DNA of 64,000 nucleotides from Setoptus koraiensis (Eukaryota; Animalia; Arthropoda): NCBI GenBank assembly GCA_048013815.1, contig CM106585.1, positions 6,324,001 to 6,388,000 of the forward strand, read 5' to 3'. Shown piece by piece: positions 62,026 to 64,000 of this stretch (position 1 is its first letter; each line of letters starts with the position of its first letter). The notes under the pieces were generated by a model. It saw only the letters and a program-made list of their open reading frames with translations, ran no database searches and was not told where the DNA came from. The position numbers and the translations under genes were made by a program.

Positions 62026-62539
62026 ATCTTGAATGCAGTATTTCTCAAAAATATCGAAACCAATTTACTTGCTTTATTGTAGGCAATGATATTAATTAAA
62101 CACGAATTTTATGTCCAATTTTGTGTATATTCAGATGTCTGAAATGTCCCTATTATGCCTAACACAAACGCACAGTAAATGAAATTGTGCACAATAGAAT
62201 TGCAAGACCTACTAAAATGGTGCGCCAGATTTGAACAACAAAAAAAGATGCTCTGCTTCTTTGTGGTGCAAGTTGCACGGTGCAACCAATGTTTTCTTTA
62301 CCATGCACATAATGGTTCAGGATGCAATCAGAACTGAATTGAGAATTGACACAATAGGCCATCACTCCCCATGAAGGATAATTCCATTTCAATACTCTGA
62401 TGAAAAAAAAAACATTGGCCATACAATATTTTCTACTGATTTTTCATATCAAGATATCTACTGTGTATATATTGTAACCATTTGTGACAATATCTATCAT
62501 CGGAGACAAGATTAACTTATTTCGAGAGAAGTGGAAACC

Positions 62540-63118
62540 ATGGCCGGTAAGAAGATTGTGAAGTTGATGGTCTTCGATTTGGATTGCACTTTATGGCCTT
62601 TTCATGTGGAATGTTCATTTAGTCCACCATTCAAAATGAAAGGCGATCAAGTAGTGGACGCCCGAGGTGAGTTAATCACAAGACACATTATGAATAAAAG
62701 TACATTTGAGATAGGCCCTTGACACATTATTATTCGTTCATGACATCTTACAGGCTCTAGGATGGCCCCATATCCCGAGGTTTTAGAGGTCTTGGAGAAG
62801 TGGTCGAAAAAATGCCCTATTGCAGCTGCTTCTAGGACCCACTACCCCGAAGGAGCCGAGGTTTTATTAAACTACTTCGGCTTTAACAAGTACATAACCT
62901 ACAAAGAAATATATCCTGGAAACAAGCTTACGCATTTTAACAGCTTGAAGAAAAAGTCCAACGTTGAGTTCAAAGATATGTTGTTTTTCGATGATGAAAA
63001 CCGTAACATCATAGATGTGAAAACTCTCGGTGTAGAGTGCAAGCTCATCGATGAAGATGTTGGTGTTACGAAAAAGATTGTCGACGACACAGTGGCAAAG
63101 AAATTTCCTGATAGTTGA
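62540..63118 (+). CDS. MDP1: Magnesium-dependent phosphatase 1 (paralog B, canonical motifs); exons 62540-62666 and 62754-63118
   Basis: VFDLDCTLWPF, AASRT, NKLTHF, MLFFDDENRN; 87-nt phase-1 intron. Confidence 0.93.
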
Positions 63119-63370
63119 TTAAGATGAGTTCATAAAACTTGAAACCAATAGCAAACCTTTCTCTAGTCATTAATGATATGGAACGACAGAAATTTTGTCG
63201 GAGTTGTTCGGATTGTATAAAGTAAATCATACTCAGAATAGTAGTCTAGTTTACCTGGGAAAAAATCCGTGTAACTTTTTATTTTGATGATTCTTAATTA
63301 TTCAAGCATAATTAATCACTAATTCAGCGATTATCAACTATAATCAATGACGTTTCATCAGTGTCTGCGT

Positions 63371-64000
63371 TTATCGTGTCATTGTCGACGGACCTTGTAA
63401 TTTCGGATGACTGCTTAGTTCGAGATTTGTGTCGTCAAGTCGACTTGCTTTGTTATTTTGGTTGAATGCATTCAACCGTTCCATTTCTTTTTCAAGTCTC
63501 TCAGTGAACTTCTGTAATACTTGGAACGATCTAGATTGCGTTGGCTGACTGTTGAAACTATCATCTGAGATTGAGACATTGAATCCGGTTGGGTTGGCTG
63601 ATCTAGCTTGAGACTTGCCATCGTTACGGCTATAATAGTAATTGTTTTTCTGACCACTATTGTTGTTTGGTCTCACAGGATAGTGATCTATAGGGCCATT
63701 TCGTGCTTCGAAGGTACTGTAAGTCGATGGTTGAGGACTCATTCCATAGCTGTAACTGTTAGATGATGAAGATGACGGAGAACCATAATACATTGGAGAG
63801 TCATAACCATCAGAAACCAAAGGACTGATTGGAGATAGAAGCATCTCACCCGGTGTATAAGTATTTCTACTTGAAGAGACCCGATAAAAGTCATTGGGTA
63901 GAAATGATGAGGATCTGTCCAGGTTCGCACCCTTACCATAATAGTTTGTGTTATTATGGGGCGTCCATGTTCGACTACTTGTTCGCTCTGGAGGTTGTGG
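63371..64000 (-). CDS. C-terminal part of a Ser/Pro-rich protein, possibly Zasp/PDZ-LIM-like; 5' end beyond window
   Basis: Frame open from the window end (PQPPERTSSRTW...) to stop; QSRSFQVLQK resembles the QSRSF.xL motif of Zasp/PDLIM proteins. Confidence 0.55.
   Translation of the reverse strand, partial: PQPPERTSSRTWTPHNNTNYYGKGANLDRSSSFLPNDFYRVSSSRNTYTPGEMLLSPISPLVSDGYDSPMYYGSPSSSSSNSYSYGMSPQPSTYSTFEARNGPIDHYPVRPNNNSGQKNNYYYSRNDGKSQARSANPTGFNVSISDDSFNSQPTQSRSFQVLQKFTERLEKEMERLNAFNQNNKASRLDDTNLELSSHPKLQGPSTMTR

Overview
Gene-dense, AT-rich eukaryotic (arthropod) genomic DNA. No prokaryotic operons, CRISPR arrays, rRNA or tRNA genes were recognised. About 28 protein-coding genes are present. 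Most are intronless; the introns that exist are mostly 87-125 nt GT-AG, and several intergenic gaps are under 100 nt. This resembles a streamlined mite genome, plausibly an eriophyoid (inference, not proven). Order: vitellogenin 3' end, SDHAF2 running in frame into NOA1, Bre1, an orphan zinc-finger/histone-fold gene, SLC35B2, mRpL23, a run of four secreted-protein genes (orphan, GH30 pseudo-enzyme, TIL, amidated-peptide precursor), MYBBP1A, mRpL11, ZnT7, Myt1, Meckelin, 14-3-3 epsilon, an Ig-domain secreted protein, RBM22, COMMD4, eIF2beta, proteasome beta5, cyclophilin H, UBXN7, Pygopus, MDP-1 copy A, TAF7, a mini PolG2, BRWD3, MDP-1 copy B and a partial Zasp-like gene. Most notable: (1) an apparent SDHAF2-NOA1 read-through/fusion with a frame-switching alternative donor; (2) a candidate effector island including an unrecognised precursor of two pyroglutamyl, amidated peptides and a GH30 lacking its nucleophile; (3) repeated domain loss in conserved proteins (RBM22 without RRM, BRWD3 without bromodomains, minimal PolG2, Pygo PHD Trp to Leu); (4) a duplicated, probably inactive MDP-1. 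Family assignments rest on recalled motifs and hand translation; no searches were run.
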